This document shows positions 20,190 through 31,674 of a stretch of DNA of 64,000 nt, piece after piece. The notes under the pieces were generated by a model. The model made no database searches, was not told the origin of the DNA, and saw only the letters and a list, made by a program, of their open reading frames with translations. The stretch lies in NCBI GenBank assembly GCA_963755195.1, contig CAVWIZ010000001.1, positions 969,352 to 1,033,351 of the forward strand, in the 5' to 3' direction. Position 1 is the first letter of the stretch, and each line of letters begins with the position of its first letter. The translations under genes and the position numbers were made by a program. Source of the stretch: an uncultured Acidobacteriota bacterium. GTDB taxonomy: Bacteria > Acidobacteriota > Vicinamibacteria > Vicinamibacterales > CAVVIG01.

Positions 20190-21077
20190 GTGCCGAACGC
20201 GAACATCATTGCCATCCTCGTGCTGCTGGGCACGACCGGTCTCGGTCTGTTGGTCACGTGGGCCACCGGCAGTCTGACTCCGGTCATCGTGAGTGTCGTC
20301 GTCGGCCTGATCGCGATGCGATCACCACGAGTTGCCCGTCAGTGGGACCGTGCAATCGTGTTGCGCCTCGGCCGGTATCACGCCATGCGGGGCCCTGGAC
20401 TCTTCTGGGTGGTGCCGTTTGTCGACATCGTCGCGTCGTGGATTGATCAGCGGACGATCACGACGAGCTTCGCCGCCGAGCAAACGCTCACCTCCGACAC
20501 GGTGCCCGTGAATGTCGATGCCGTGCTGTTCTGGATGGCGCACGACCCGCAGAAGGCGGCGCTCGAAGTTCAGGACTACAAGCAGGCCGTGAGTTGGGCC
20601 GCCCAGACGGCGCTGCGCGACATCATCGGCCGGACGCCGCTCATCGAGCTGCTGCGCGGCCGCGAGCGGATCGAAAACGAGCTGCAGCTGCTCATCGATC
20701 AGCGGTCGAATCCATGGGGCGTCACGGTCCAGTCCGTCGAAATGCGCGACATCGTCATTCCCGATGCGCTCCAGGATGCCATGTCGCGCGAAGCGCAGGC
20801 CGCCCGAGAAAAGCAGGCGCGCATCATTCTCGGACAGGCGGAGGTCGAAATCGCGCAGTCCTTCGAGCTGGCGTCGCGTTCGTACAAGGACAATCCCACC
20901 GCGCTCCATTTGCGCGCGATGAACATGCTCTACGAAGGGCTGAAGGAGAAGGGCGCGCTGATGCTCGTGCCGAGCAGCGCCGTCGAATCGATGGGGCTTG
21001 GCGGCTTCCTCGGCGCCGCGGCATACCGTCAAGGCCAGTTGGCCGGTGTGGGCGCGGAGCCGACGAAAACGCCGTAG
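20190..21077 (+). CDS. SPFH/band 7 (stomatin-like) membrane protein
   Basis: RLGR...GPGL, TLTSDTVPVNVDAV, AQTALRDIIG, WGV.V..VEMRD. Confidence 0.92.
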   Translation: MPNANIIAILVLLGTTGLGLLVTWATGSLTPVIVSVVVGLIAMRSPRVARQWDRAIVLRLGRYHAMRGPGLFWVVPFVDIVASWIDQRTITTSFAAEQTLTSDTVPVNVDAVLFWMAHDPQKAALEVQDYKQAVSWAAQTALRDIIGRTPLIELLRGRERIENELQLLIDQRSNPWGVTVQSVEMRDIVIPDALQDAMSREAQAAREKQARIILGQAEVEIAQSFELASRSYKDNPTALHLRAMNMLYEGLKEKGALMLVPSSAVESMGLGGFLGAAAYRQGQLAGVGAEPTKTP

Positions 21078-21155
21078 CGGCGCGGACGGTTCGGGTTTAC
21101 ATTAGGGCCCCCCTCGAGAAGGATGCGAGGACATAAGGATTTCAGGAGGACCCCA

Positions 21156-22334
21156 ATGAGTGCGCCGACGTCCGCGTCTGTGCTGACCGACACGCTGCTG
21201 ACGAAATGCCGGGAGCGCGCTCCCGTGTACGACCGCGAGAACCGCTTTTTCCAGGAAGACTACGACGAGTTGCGCGCGGCCGGCTACCTGCTGATGGCCG
21301 TACCGCGCGAGTTGGGCGGCCAGGGACTCAACCTGGCCCAGGTCGCGCGCGAAACGCGCCGGCTTGCGCAGTATGCGCCGGCGAGCGCGCTTGCCCTCAA
21401 CATGCACAACTACTGGATCGGCAACGCGGCCGACCACTGGCGGCGCGGCGACCTGTCGCTCGAATGGATCCTTCGCGAGGCGATGGCCGGCGAGGTATTC
21501 GCAGCTGGGCACGCCGAGAGCGGCAATGACATTCCCGGCCTGCTCTCGACCACGAAGGCCGAACGCGTGGACGGCGGGTATCGCTTCACCGGGCGCAAGT
21601 CGTTCGGCAGCCTGACGCCCGTGTGGACGAGGCTCGGTTTCCACGCCATGGACACGAGCGATCCGCAGGCGCCGAAGATCGTGCACGCGTTCATGCCGCG
21701 CGGCACGCAGGGCATCACGATCAAAGAGACCTGGGACGTGCTCGGGATGCGCGCGACGCGAAGCGACGACACGGAGCTCGAAGGCTGCTTCGTTCCGGAC
21801 AGGTACATCGCCCGTGTCGTGCCCGCGGGCGCCGCTGGCGCCGATTCGTTTGTCGTCGGCTTCTTCACCTGGGGTCTGACCGGTTTCGCGAACGTCTATT
21901 ACGGCCTGGCTCTTCGCGTCCGCGAGCTGATCGTGGAATACGTGAAAACGAAGACGTCGATCGCGCTGACGCGTTCGATGGCGTACCATCCCGAGATTCA
22001 GCACGGCGTGGCGGAGATTGCCCTCGAGCTCGAGTCGATCGAGCCGCACATCGAAGCCGCCGCCGAGGCCTGGTCGAGCGGCAATGTCGGCCCGGACTGG
22101 TTCCTCAAGCTCGTCGCCATGAAGTATCACGCCGTCGAAGGCGCATACCGCGTCGTCGATCGCGCGCTCGATCTGTCGGGCGGCTTCGGGATGTTCAAGA
22201 AGAGCGAGCTCGAGCGGCTGTTTCGCGACGCGAGGGCCGGCCGCTTTCACCCCGCCAACGCCGCACTGACGCACGAGATTATCGGGAAGATCTCCCTCGG
22301 CGTCGATCTCGACGCGCAACCGAGGTGGGGCTAG
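21156..22334 (+). CDS. Acyl-CoA dehydrogenase-family flavoprotein
   Basis: AGGAGG RBS, VPRELGG.G, GRKSFGS, WDVLGMRATRS, LERLFRDARAG. Confidence 0.88.
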   Translation: MSAPTSASVLTDTLLTKCRERAPVYDRENRFFQEDYDELRAAGYLLMAVPRELGGQGLNLAQVARETRRLAQYAPASALALNMHNYWIGNAADHWRRGDLSLEWILREAMAGEVFAAGHAESGNDIPGLLSTTKAERVDGGYRFTGRKSFGSLTPVWTRLGFHAMDTSDPQAPKIVHAFMPRGTQGITIKETWDVLGMRATRSDDTELEGCFVPDRYIARVVPAGAAGADSFVVGFFTWGLTGFANVYYGLALRVRELIVEYVKTKTSIALTRSMAYHPEIQHGVAEIALELESIEPHIEAAAEAWSSGNVGPDWFLKLVAMKYHAVEGAYRVVDRALDLSGGFGMFKKSELERLFRDARAGRFHPANAALTHEIIGKISLGVDLDAQPRWG

Positions 22335-22338
22335 GAAG

Positions 22339-22380
22339 AAAGTGCAAAGTGCAAAGCTCAAAGTTCAAAGCTCAAGGCTC
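22339..22380. repeat. Heptamer tandem repeat (AAAGYKC) x6
   Basis: aaagtgc aaagtgc aaagctc aaagttc aaagctc aaggctc. Confidence 0.8.
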
Positions 22381-22515
22381 AATGGGCAAAGGGCGATCCC
22401 GGAATGGATCGAGCTAGGCTTGCTTCGCGAACGTATCGTACGAGAAGAACCCGCGGTCAACGACACCGAGACGCCCGCTGATCCCGTCCGTCGTCCGCGT
22501 TCACGAGGACCGGAG

Positions 22516-23370
22516 TCAGTTTTCGGTTGGACGTTCCACCTGGTCTATCACGAGAAACTCGACGGCGGCTCTCTCGCCTTGCAGCTTGAGCCCCGCCTGT
22601 TCGACGAGCGCGGTGAAGATATTCGGACCGGAATCGGCTGCGGGATTGGCGACGGGTGGTCCGTTCGGCGAGTCGATGAACGCCGGGACGAACAGGACGC
22701 GGAGATCGTACCTGCCCTGCAGCGCGGTCCGATCGATCACGGGCCGGGCGATCATCGCGTAGCTCGCCAGGCTTCTGCCAATCTCTTGCAGCGTCTGGCC
22801 TATGTATCTCATGTCTCCGGGGCCGCCGCGCACGCCGCAGAACGTCGAGGGATCGAACGGCGTATTCGGCGGCGGTGGATTGTGCTCGCCGTAACATTTC
22901 CCGTCGGAAGGCTTCAACGACGTGCCGAGACTGCCGTCCTTATTGGCCAAGACGATCGCGTAGATCGGGACCTCTCTCTTTTCGGTGTGCGCCCTGATCT
23001 TGAAGCGATCCTCGAGCACCGAGCGCACCATCACCGGAAAAATGTCGGCGCGAGGTGAAGGCGGCACGGTCGTCTTCGCCACGATGTCGAAGCGCTCAGT
23101 ATCGATCCAGCCCGGTCCGCCTACGACTTGTCCCATCGTCTGGATCGCGTCCGTTCCATAGGCCATCCGGATCAAAGTCCGCAGGGGGATGTTGGTGATG
23201 TTGATCTGCCCGCCAGGCGTCACCTGGATGTTCTGACCGCCGCCGCCTTTGTTCTGCTTGACGGTCGCAACCTCGATCTCGACTCGATCGGGCGCGCCAC
23301 CGGTAGACGACGACTGCGCGGACACAAGGCCGGGTATCAACAAACCGGCCAGAAGAATCATCCTGTTCAT
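22516..23370 (-). CDS. TIGR03435 (DUF3738)-family secreted protein
   Basis: EVATVK, GGPGWIDTERFDIVAK, LEDRFK, PVIDRT, IFTALVEQAGLKL, ERPTEN. Confidence 0.9.
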   Translation of the reverse strand: MNRMILLAGLLIPGLVSAQSSSTGGAPDRVEIEVATVKQNKGGGGQNIQVTPGGQINITNIPLRTLIRMAYGTDAIQTMGQVVGGPGWIDTERFDIVAKTTVPPSPRADIFPVMVRSVLEDRFKIRAHTEKREVPIYAIVLANKDGSLGTSLKPSDGKCYGEHNPPPPNTPFDPSTFCGVRGGPGDMRYIGQTLQEIGRSLASYAMIARPVIDRTALQGRYDLRVLFVPAFIDSPNGPPVANPAADSGPNIFTALVEQAGLKLQGERAAVEFLVIDQVERPTEN

Positions 23371-23383
23371 GGCCGCCTCCCGT

Positions 23384-24400
23384 TCAGACCGTCAGGATAA
23401 CCTTGCCGATGTTCGCGCGCGACTGAATATAGCGGTGCGCGTCGGCGGCCTTTTCGAGCGGAAACGTCTTCGCGACCACGGGATGCAGCGCCCCGGCGGC
23501 GAAACCCGCCAGCAGCGCGTCTGCGGCGTTGCGGAGTCGCGCGGTTTCGCTCCACAGGTGACCCAGGTTCAGCCCGAAGACGCCGCGGTTGCGGTTCATC
23601 AGCGACAGCGGCTTGAACGCCGGCATCGTCATCAGCGTGCGGACGACGTGCAACAGGTTTCGCCGCTCCCCCGAGGCCAGACTCGAAGCGCCGTAGATCA
23701 CGAGACGCCCGAGCGGCGCGAGCAGCTCGTAGCTGATTCGCACGCTGCGGCCGCCAATCGGATCGAGCACGACGTCGACCCCGCGGCCCGATGTCAGTCT
23801 CCGGACTTCGGCGGGCACGTCAGCCTGACGATGGTCGATTGGATGATCGACGCCCAGCGATCGGATGGCGTGGAGCTTCATCGCCGACGCGGTGCCGATG
23901 ACGATCGCGCCGCGCTGTTTCGCGATCTGCGTGGCGGCGATGCCGACGCCGCCGCCCGCGCCGTGAATCAGAACGGTTTCGCCGGCGTTCACGTGGGCGA
24001 TCGTCTCGAGCGCGACAAACGCCGTGAGGTAGTTGACTGGAATCGCCGCGGCCTCGACGTCGCTGAGCATTGGCGGCGTCGGATACACGAACGTGGCGGG
24101 CACGACGACCGAGCTCGCGTACCCGCCGAAGCGCGTGAACGCGAACACGCGATCGCCCGGCCGGAACGGCACATCACTCGATCCCACGGCGTCGACAACG
24201 CCCGCGACTTCGTAGCCGACAACCGCCGGCAACGGCGGCGCGTCGGGATAAAGGCCCAGTCGCGCCATGACGTCCGCGAAGTTGATGCCCGAGGCCCGCA
24301 CAGCGATCCGCACCTCGCCGTTGCCGGGTACGGGCTCAGCCGTCTCGGTGACCTGCAGCACTTCGGGCGGGCCCCGTCTCGTAATCACGACCTGGCGCAT
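23384..24400 (-). CDS. MDR-family quinone oxidoreductase (VAT-1-like)
   Basis: GINFAD..AR.GLYP, VGYEVAG, LIHGAGGGVG, GKVIL. Confidence 0.9.
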   Translation of the reverse strand: MRQVVITRRGPPEVLQVTETAEPVPGNGEVRIAVRASGINFADVMARLGLYPDAPPLPAVVGYEVAGVVDAVGSSDVPFRPGDRVFAFTRFGGYASSVVVPATFVYPTPPMLSDVEAAAIPVNYLTAFVALETIAHVNAGETVLIHGAGGGVGIAATQIAKQRGAIVIGTASAMKLHAIRSLGVDHPIDHRQADVPAEVRRLTSGRGVDVVLDPIGGRSVRISYELLAPLGRLVIYGASSLASGERRNLLHVVRTLMTMPAFKPLSLMNRNRGVFGLNLGHLWSETARLRNAADALLAGFAAGALHPVVAKTFPLEKAADAHRYIQSRANIGKVILTV

Positions 24401-24600
24401 CGCGCGAGTATATGACGCTGGAAATGCTTGGAAACGCGAGACCGACCTTATTGTTACCCCGCGCCACTCCGCGGCCGAACCGTAGCGCGCCAGGTCCGTC
24501 GCGAGCGTCGCTGACGAGGCCTTAAGGTTATGAGCGATTGACGACGATAGCCATCACGGCGACCCAAGAGATCAGGACTGCGACAGATATGGGCTGTGTG

Positions 24601-25587
24601 ATGCGTCGAGGGGCCTTTCTTCTCCTGCCCGTTATCGCGGTTGCATACGGCTGCAGCGCTTCATCCGGCAACTCGGGAGCTCCGCCCGCACCGTCGAGCA
24701 ATCAGGCGGCCTCCGCGCCTTTCGCGATTTCGCTTCCCATGGCGCTCGGTGACAGCACGAGCATCGGCTACGGCATCTGGCCGTTCGGCGTCCATGGCAG
24801 CTCGCACGCCTTCGATGGACATCCCGGTTTCGATTTCGAATTCCGGGTCGGCGCGCCGGTCTTGGCCGTCGTCGACGCGACGGTCAACAACCGGCAGCCG
24901 GACAGCCACGCGCCAGCCGACCGGGAGACGCTGCAACTTCGCTATCCGGGCGCTCCGATGGACTACCTCATCGACTACACCAACCTCATGAACGTGCCGG
25001 CGTCGCTTCAGGCGGGTTCACGAGTCACGCGGGGCCAGGCGATCGGCACGGCCGGACCGATGGGGCTCGGTTCCGGTCCCTCTGTCTCGGGCATGATTCA
25101 TTTCGGGATCTGCGATCCGACGCATGTCGATGCGTCGGCGGTCAGCGCGCCGTGTTCGGTCAGTCCGGATTCCGTGATGACACCGGAAGCCAGAGCGCAG
25201 CTGGACGTCATCTGGCAGTCGTCGGCGTACATCGCCGAGTGGTGGGAGCCGTTCACGAACAACTCGCGCGCGCACGGCTTTCCGTTCAGCCGGACGTGGA
25301 CGCTGCAGTCCGGACAGACGCCCGAGCAGATCTCCGTCAGCTGTCCCTTCGACGGCTGCGCGCCGCAGTACTCGATGCTCGACGCGAACGGCTCGACCAT
25401 CGAAACGGGCACGATGACGCTTGGCTGGGCGGCGCGGCCCACGACGGTGGATTTCGTGCCGGCTTCCGGCGCAACGCGGCTGGGCCTGTACGACATCGTG
25501 GGCGGCACGATGCGGCTGGCGCTGGGAGCACCCGCCGCCGCACGGCCGGCATCGTTCGCGAACGCGGCGACGTACGGCACCAGGTAG
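24601..25587 (+). CDS. Lipoprotein with degenerate M23 peptidase-like domain
   Basis: Lipobox-like AYGC, HPGFDF, PVLAV.D, V.RGQAIG, MIHF. Confidence 0.6.
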   Translation: MRRGAFLLLPVIAVAYGCSASSGNSGAPPAPSSNQAASAPFAISLPMALGDSTSIGYGIWPFGVHGSSHAFDGHPGFDFEFRVGAPVLAVVDATVNNRQPDSHAPADRETLQLRYPGAPMDYLIDYTNLMNVPASLQAGSRVTRGQAIGTAGPMGLGSGPSVSGMIHFGICDPTHVDASAVSAPCSVSPDSVMTPEARAQLDVIWQSSAYIAEWWEPFTNNSRAHGFPFSRTWTLQSGQTPEQISVSCPFDGCAPQYSMLDANGSTIETGTMTLGWAARPTTVDFVPASGATRLGLYDIVGGTMRLALGAPAAARPASFANAATYGTR

Positions 25588-25697
25588 CGCAGTCCGCGCG
25601 TTCTACAAGGACGATAGGCAGCATGAGCGGGGTGTGCTGGGTTGGCGGAATGCCGCTTCCGGAGACCTGCCCCCCGGCAAACAGATAAGATGCCTCC

Positions 25698-26755
25698 ATG
25701 AAGCTGCGGGCACTCAGCCTCACCGTTCTCTTTTCGGTTGCCGTGGCGCTGCCGGCCGTGGCTCAACCCTATTCGGCTCGCCGCACCGGTGACGTGGTGA
25801 CGCTTCAAGACGGCAAGAGCCGCACGACCGTCTCCGTCGCGTTGACGGTCGGCAACATCGCGTTTGAGATGAAAGTCAACGGCGCGAACGTCCTGTGGTG
25901 GCCTTACGCATCCGTCGAGGAGTTCAAGGCAAAACCCGTCATGAGCGGAATTCCGTTCCTTGGACCGTGGGCCAACCGGCTTGACGAGCAGGCCTTCTAC
26001 GCGAACGGTACCGGTACGCCTTCGACATGGCGCTGGGGAACGTTCGCGGCGCCATCCCGATTCACGGCTTCCTGACCACGAATCCCAACTGGCAGGTCGT
26101 GGAAGCCAAGGCTGATGCCGACTCCGCATGGGTCACGAGCCGGCTCGAGTTCTACAAGCAGCCGGCGTGGATGAAGCAGTTTCCGTTCGCGCACACGATC
26201 GAGATCACCCACCGGCTGCAGAACGGCGTGCTCGAGGTGGCCACGGCGATACACAACATGTCCGCGGAGCCGATGCCGGTGGCCATCGGGTTTCATCCGT
26301 ACTTTCAACTGACGGATTCCCGGCGCGACGAGTGGACGATTTCGGTCGGCGCCCGCACCCGCTGGCTTCTCGCCCAAAACAAGGTTCCAACCGGCGCCAT
26401 CGAACCCATCACACAGTTGTTCCCCGACCCTCGAGCGATCGCGCTGAAAGATTTCGATCTGGACGACGTCTTCGGGGATCTGATTCGGGATGCGTCAGGC
26501 CGCGCGGCGATGACGGTGAGAGGCAAGACGCAGAAGCTTGACGTGTTGCTCGGCCCCCGATGGCGCTCGGCCGTTGTGTGGGCGCCGAAGCCGAACGCGC
26601 CAGGTCAGGATCGCAACTTTATCTGCTTCGAGCCGATGGCTGGCATCACGGACGCGATGAACCTGTCACAGAAAGGCTTGTACCAGGAACTTCAGAGCAT
26701 CGCGCCGGATGGGACCTGGCGCGAAAGCTTCTGGGTGCGTCCCAGCGGATTCTAG
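25698..26755 (+). CDS. Aldose 1-epimerase family protein, secreted; apparent frameshift near 26010
   Basis: GIPFLGPWANR in frame 1 continues as PIHG, QFPFAH, GFHPYF, FICFEP in frame 2. Confidence 0.8.
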
Positions 26756-26763
26756 AATCAACG

Positions 26764-26845
26764 TAGGGCTGAGAGCTGAGGGCCGAGGGCTCTTACAGCC
26801 CCTAGCCCCCAGCCCCCTAACCCCTACCCTAACCTCTAACCTCTA
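26764..26845. repeat. Opposed heptamer tandem repeats (GAGGGCT / YAGCCCC-TAACCTC) between convergent genes
   Basis: tagggct gagagct gagggcc gagggct, then cagcccc tagcccc cagcccc...taacctc taacctc. Confidence 0.7.
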
Positions 26846-26855
26846 CGCGTTCGCA

Positions 26856-28358
<1,503 letters not shown>

Positions 28359-28363
28359 AAGAC

Positions 28364-29311
28364 TTACTCTCCTTTTTCTCCAGTTGCGACAAACAGGCCG
28401 GGTCCTTTCGCGCGTGCGTCGGGCACCAGCGGAACGATGCGTGTTTTGGCGAACCCTGCCTCGGCCAGCATCCGCAGGATCTGATCCTCGGAGAACCCAA
28501 GCCAGACGTGGCCCATCTGCTGGCGGTAGCTGTCGCGATCGTGCGGCAGCATGTCCGCCAGGATGACGCGGCCGCCCGGCTTCAGCACGCGCGCCACTTC
28601 GGCCAGCGCGCGGTCCGGCTCCGGCACGTAGTGCAGCACCAGCATCAGCGTGGCGGCGTCCAGCCGGGCGTCGTCGATCGGCAGGGCTTCGAGGTCGCCC
28701 CTCCGCAGCTCGACGTTGTCGAAGCCGTGGAGCCGCTTGCGCGCGGCCTGCAGCATGGCCGCCGACGCATCGACGGCCACCACGCTCGCCACAAACGGCG
28801 CCAGCATGGCGGTCGTCTCGCCGGTGCCGCAGCCGAGGTCGCCAAGCACCCACTCGCTCTGCGCGAGCGCGGCGAGTGCACCCAGGTGAAACCGCTCGCC
28901 GTAGAGCTCGTCGCGCAGCCGATCCCATTGCCCGGCCGACGACGAGAAGAACTCCTGCGACTTGGTGCGCCGATCGGCCAGCGCCGCCTGCAGCCGCCGC
29001 TCGTCCTGCGCGGCTGCCGGCGTCGGGCCCACCTGGTCGCGCACGAGCGACCAGAGACGCCGGGCGGAGGCGTCGAGCTCGTCGCGCGTCATCGTGTACA
29101 GATGGCTCGTGCCGTCGGCGCGTGCCGAAACCCAGCCGCTGTCGGCCAGCGCCTTCAGGTGCCGGCTGACCGTCGATTGGGGAAGCTGCATGATGCCACA
29201 GAGTTCCGAGACCGTGAGCTGACGGCGGTCGAGGAGCAGCAGGAGGCGGCTTCGGGTCGTGTCGGCCAGCGACGCGAGATGATCGAGGATGGCGGGGGCG
29301 CGTGTGCTCAA
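28364..29311 (-). CDS. ArsR-HTH plus SAM-dependent methyltransferase fusion (SahR-like regulator)
   Basis: [40 protein letters not shown]; directly upstream of ahcY. Confidence 0.88.
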   Translation of the reverse strand: MSTRAPAILDHLASLADTTRSRLLLLLDRRQLTVSELCGIMQLPQSTVSRHLKALADSGWVSARADGTSHLYTMTRDELDASARRLWSLVRDQVGPTPAAAQDERRLQAALADRRTKSQEFFSSSAGQWDRLRDELYGERFHLGALAALAQSEWVLGDLGCGTGETTAMLAPFVASVVAVDASAAMLQAARKRLHGFDNVELRRGDLEALPIDDARLDAATLMLVLHYVPEPDRALAEVARVLKPGGRVILADMLPHDRDSYRQQMGHVWLGFSEDQILRMLAEAGFAKTRIVPLVPDARAKGPGLFVATGEKGE

Positions 29312-29333
29312 CTGAACAGCTTTGAAATAGTCT

Positions 29334-29349
29334 ATCCGTCAATCCGGAT
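29334..29349. promoter_or_regulatory. Palindromic operator candidate for the SahR-like regulator
   Basis: ATCCG-TCAATC-CGGAT about 22 bp upstream of the start. Minus-strand TTGACA at 29385-29380. Confidence 0.55.
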
Positions 29350-29405
29350 GTAAGGATTAAACGATAAGAGCGCCGGGCGTGTCAAGTGCGTCGGATCCCC
29401 GAGGC

Positions 29406-29993
29406 CTAGTCGAGGCGCGCGAAGTCGACCGCTGTTCGCGCCACCTCGCGGCCGTCCAGGATGACGCCGACGCCGGTGGGCCCGGCGGTCCGGCCGAGCA
29501 CGGCCGCCTTGACGTCAGCCAGCAGCACGGCGCCCGTCAGCGTGTTGACGGTCTTGCCGTTCGGGGCCTTGTAGGGGAGCCCGTACTGCCCGGTCACCTG
29601 CGTGTCGAGTGCCGAGAGCGGCGCGTCGGGCATCGGCTCGCCGATGCCCAGTTGGAAGTCTGGAATGTCGGCGTACGTATTGAGCGGGTGGAAGCGGAGT
29701 TGCGCTTTGAGTGTCAGGATGCCGCGCGTTGGGGCGAGGGCGGCCTCTGCGGCGCGTAAGCCCCGCGAGAACATCTGGTCTCCGTTCCGCAGATGCTCTT
29801 CGGTGATGAGCACGAGCCGCCGGAACTCGGTAATCACTTCGATTTGGATGACGGTGTCGCCCGGAAGGTCGAACAGATACTTGCGATGAAACTGTGCGCG
29901 CTCGGTCTCCCGTCCGCGCGCCGTTTGCTGGGCCCGTTCGATTTCCGTGCTGCCGAGGGCGGCGACGAGCGCGATGGCGACGGCCAGGCGCAT
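29406..29993 (-). CDS. Hypothetical exported protein
   Basis: MRLAVAIALVAALGS signal-like start, TGATG coupling to the upstream gene. Confidence 0.6.
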   Translation of the reverse strand: MRLAVAIALVAALGSTEIERAQQTARGRETERAQFHRKYLFDLPGDTVIQIEVITEFRRLVLITEEHLRNGDQMFSRGLRAAEAALAPTRGILTLKAQLRFHPLNTYADIPDFQLGIGEPMPDAPLSALDTQVTGQYGLPYKAPNGKTVNTLTGAVLLADVKAAVLGRTAGPTGVGVILDGREVARTAVDFARLD

Positions 29994-30581
29994 CACGGCG
30001 TCGGCGGGGCGGCAGGCTGCGACGCCCAGAACCCCGCGAGCGCGCGCGCAACCTCTTCGCGCGCTTCGCGCTCCGCTTGCGCGTGCAGCAGGTCGCCGAA
30101 TACGTGGCGCCATCTTCTGCTCGACGAATTTCGCGACAAGCGCCTCGACGGTGAGCGTCATGATTTCGCTTGTGCTGAACGCGGCGTACGGTTGAACGCG
30201 CGGGTTGTCGATTCTCGGGAAGAGGCGCTGCTGCTGATCGTAGGCGTCGCGGCCGCCGGCGACGATCGGTCCGCCCTTGTCGAACCTGATCTTTTCCATC
30301 AGCGCGTCGAATCTCTGGCGTTCCTCGATTTCGATGCGGAAGGTTGGCGTGTCGGTCAGTCCCTTGAGCGGCTCGGCGGGAGGCGGCTGGGCCAGCGCCT
30401 CACGAATCTTGTCGAGCGAGACGGGCACGGTCAGGGCCTTGGGTCCCTGGTCCCTGCTCCCCGTCGCCGTTTCGTCCTGCGCCGATGACGGATTTTCCGC
30501 AGGCGCTGACGGCCGAGCCTGCTGGGCAAAGCTCTGGCTGGTCCACAGAGTCGCCGTAACCAGCAGAGCGATCAGCCTCAT
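29993..30581 (-). CDS. Hypothetical exported protein; apparent frameshift near 30105
   Basis: Signal peptide MRLIALLVTATLWTSQSFA. The shifted frame reads HVFGDLLHAQAEREAREEVARAL...PTP* ending at TGATG. Confidence 0.55.
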
Positions 30582-30701
30582 ACCCCGTCCAGACGTCAAC
30601 GATACTCCTTCAGCTACCCGCGCTCAACTTCCTGCCTCGGAGAATCAGATGCATATCAGGTGCCCGTCTCCACCGCCAGCTGTACCGTTAGAATCAGCGG
30701 C

Positions 30702-31589
30702 GTGCCGGAACTTCCGGACGTCGTCGTGTACATCGAGGCGTTGGCGGCGACGCTCACTGGCGGCGTCGTCGAACGTGTCACGCTGCGCAGTCCTTTCGTG
30801 CTTCGTTCTGTCGCTCCGCCCATCGAGACGATCGTCGGTCAGACCGTGCGCGGCATCCGGCGTCTGGGCAAGCGTATCGTGCTGGTCTTCGATGCCGAGC
30901 AGTTTCTCGTCGTCCACCTGATGATCGCCGGCCGGCTCCGATGGCGCACGGCGGGGCAGAAGCTGGGACTCGGCCCAAAGATGGTCCTGGCGTCGCTGAC
31001 CTTCGCCGACGGTACCCTGTGGATGACGGAAGCCGGCTCGAAGAAGCGCGCGTCGATTCGGCTCGTGTCGGGCGAAGCGGCCCTGGCCGCGCTCGACCCC
31101 GGCGGCGTCGAGCCGCTCGACACGGACCGCGACGGTTTTCGCGAGGCGCTCATGCGCGAGAGCCACACGCTCAAGCGCGCCCTCACCGATCCGCACCTCT
31201 TCAGCGGCATCGGCAACGCGTACTCGGATGAGATTCTGCACGCGGCGGGGCTGTCGCCCCTTCGTCGATCGCGATCGCTCTCCGACGAAGAAGTGACGCG
31301 GCTGTACGACGCGACGCGCGCCACGCTGCACGTGTGGATCGATCATCTGCGGCGCGCCGCGAACGGCGCCTTTCCGGAGAAGGTGACGGCGTTTCGCGAT
31401 GGAATGGCCGTCCACGGCCGGTTCAAACAGCCGTGCCCTGTCTGCGGCGCGCCGGTCCAGCGGATTGTGTACGCCAGCAACGAGTGCAACTACTGCGCGA
31501 CCTGCCAGACGGACGGCCGGCGGCTGGCCGATCGCGCGCTTTCGCGCCTGTTGAAAGAGGATTGGCCCCGCGGCATCGACGAAATCTAG
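30702..31589 (+). CDS. Fpg/Nei-family DNA glycosylase
   Basis: N-terminal PELPDV, RLGKR, HLMIAG, GIGNAYSDEIL (H2TH), CPVC...CATCQ zinc finger. Confidence 0.93.
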   Translation: MPELPDVVVYIEALAATLTGGVVERVTLRSPFVLRSVAPPIETIVGQTVRGIRRLGKRIVLVFDAEQFLVVHLMIAGRLRWRTAGQKLGLGPKMVLASLTFADGTLWMTEAGSKKRASIRLVSGEAALAALDPGGVEPLDTDRDGFREALMRESHTLKRALTDPHLFSGIGNAYSDEILHAAGLSPLRRSRSLSDEEVTRLYDATRATLHVWIDHLRRAANGAFPEKVTAFRDGMAVHGRFKQPCPVCGAPVQRIVYASNECNYCATCQTDGRRLADRALSRLLKEDWPRGIDEI

Positions 31590-31674
31590 TGTCCCGAGTC
31601 AGAAATCCGTTGTGCACCGAGGGCGGCGATGCGCCCGGATGGCAAGGCGCGAAGAGTGACAACATGAACCCTCG

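Noticed and set aside
28359-29400. SAH or SAM riboswitch for ahcY
   Set aside because: There is no leader space before ahcY and no recognisable aptamer. A protein regulator with a palindrome explains the control.
29406-30599. Single 397-aa protein
   Set aside because: An internal signal peptide and TGATG junction at 29993 indicate two genes joined by an apparent indel.
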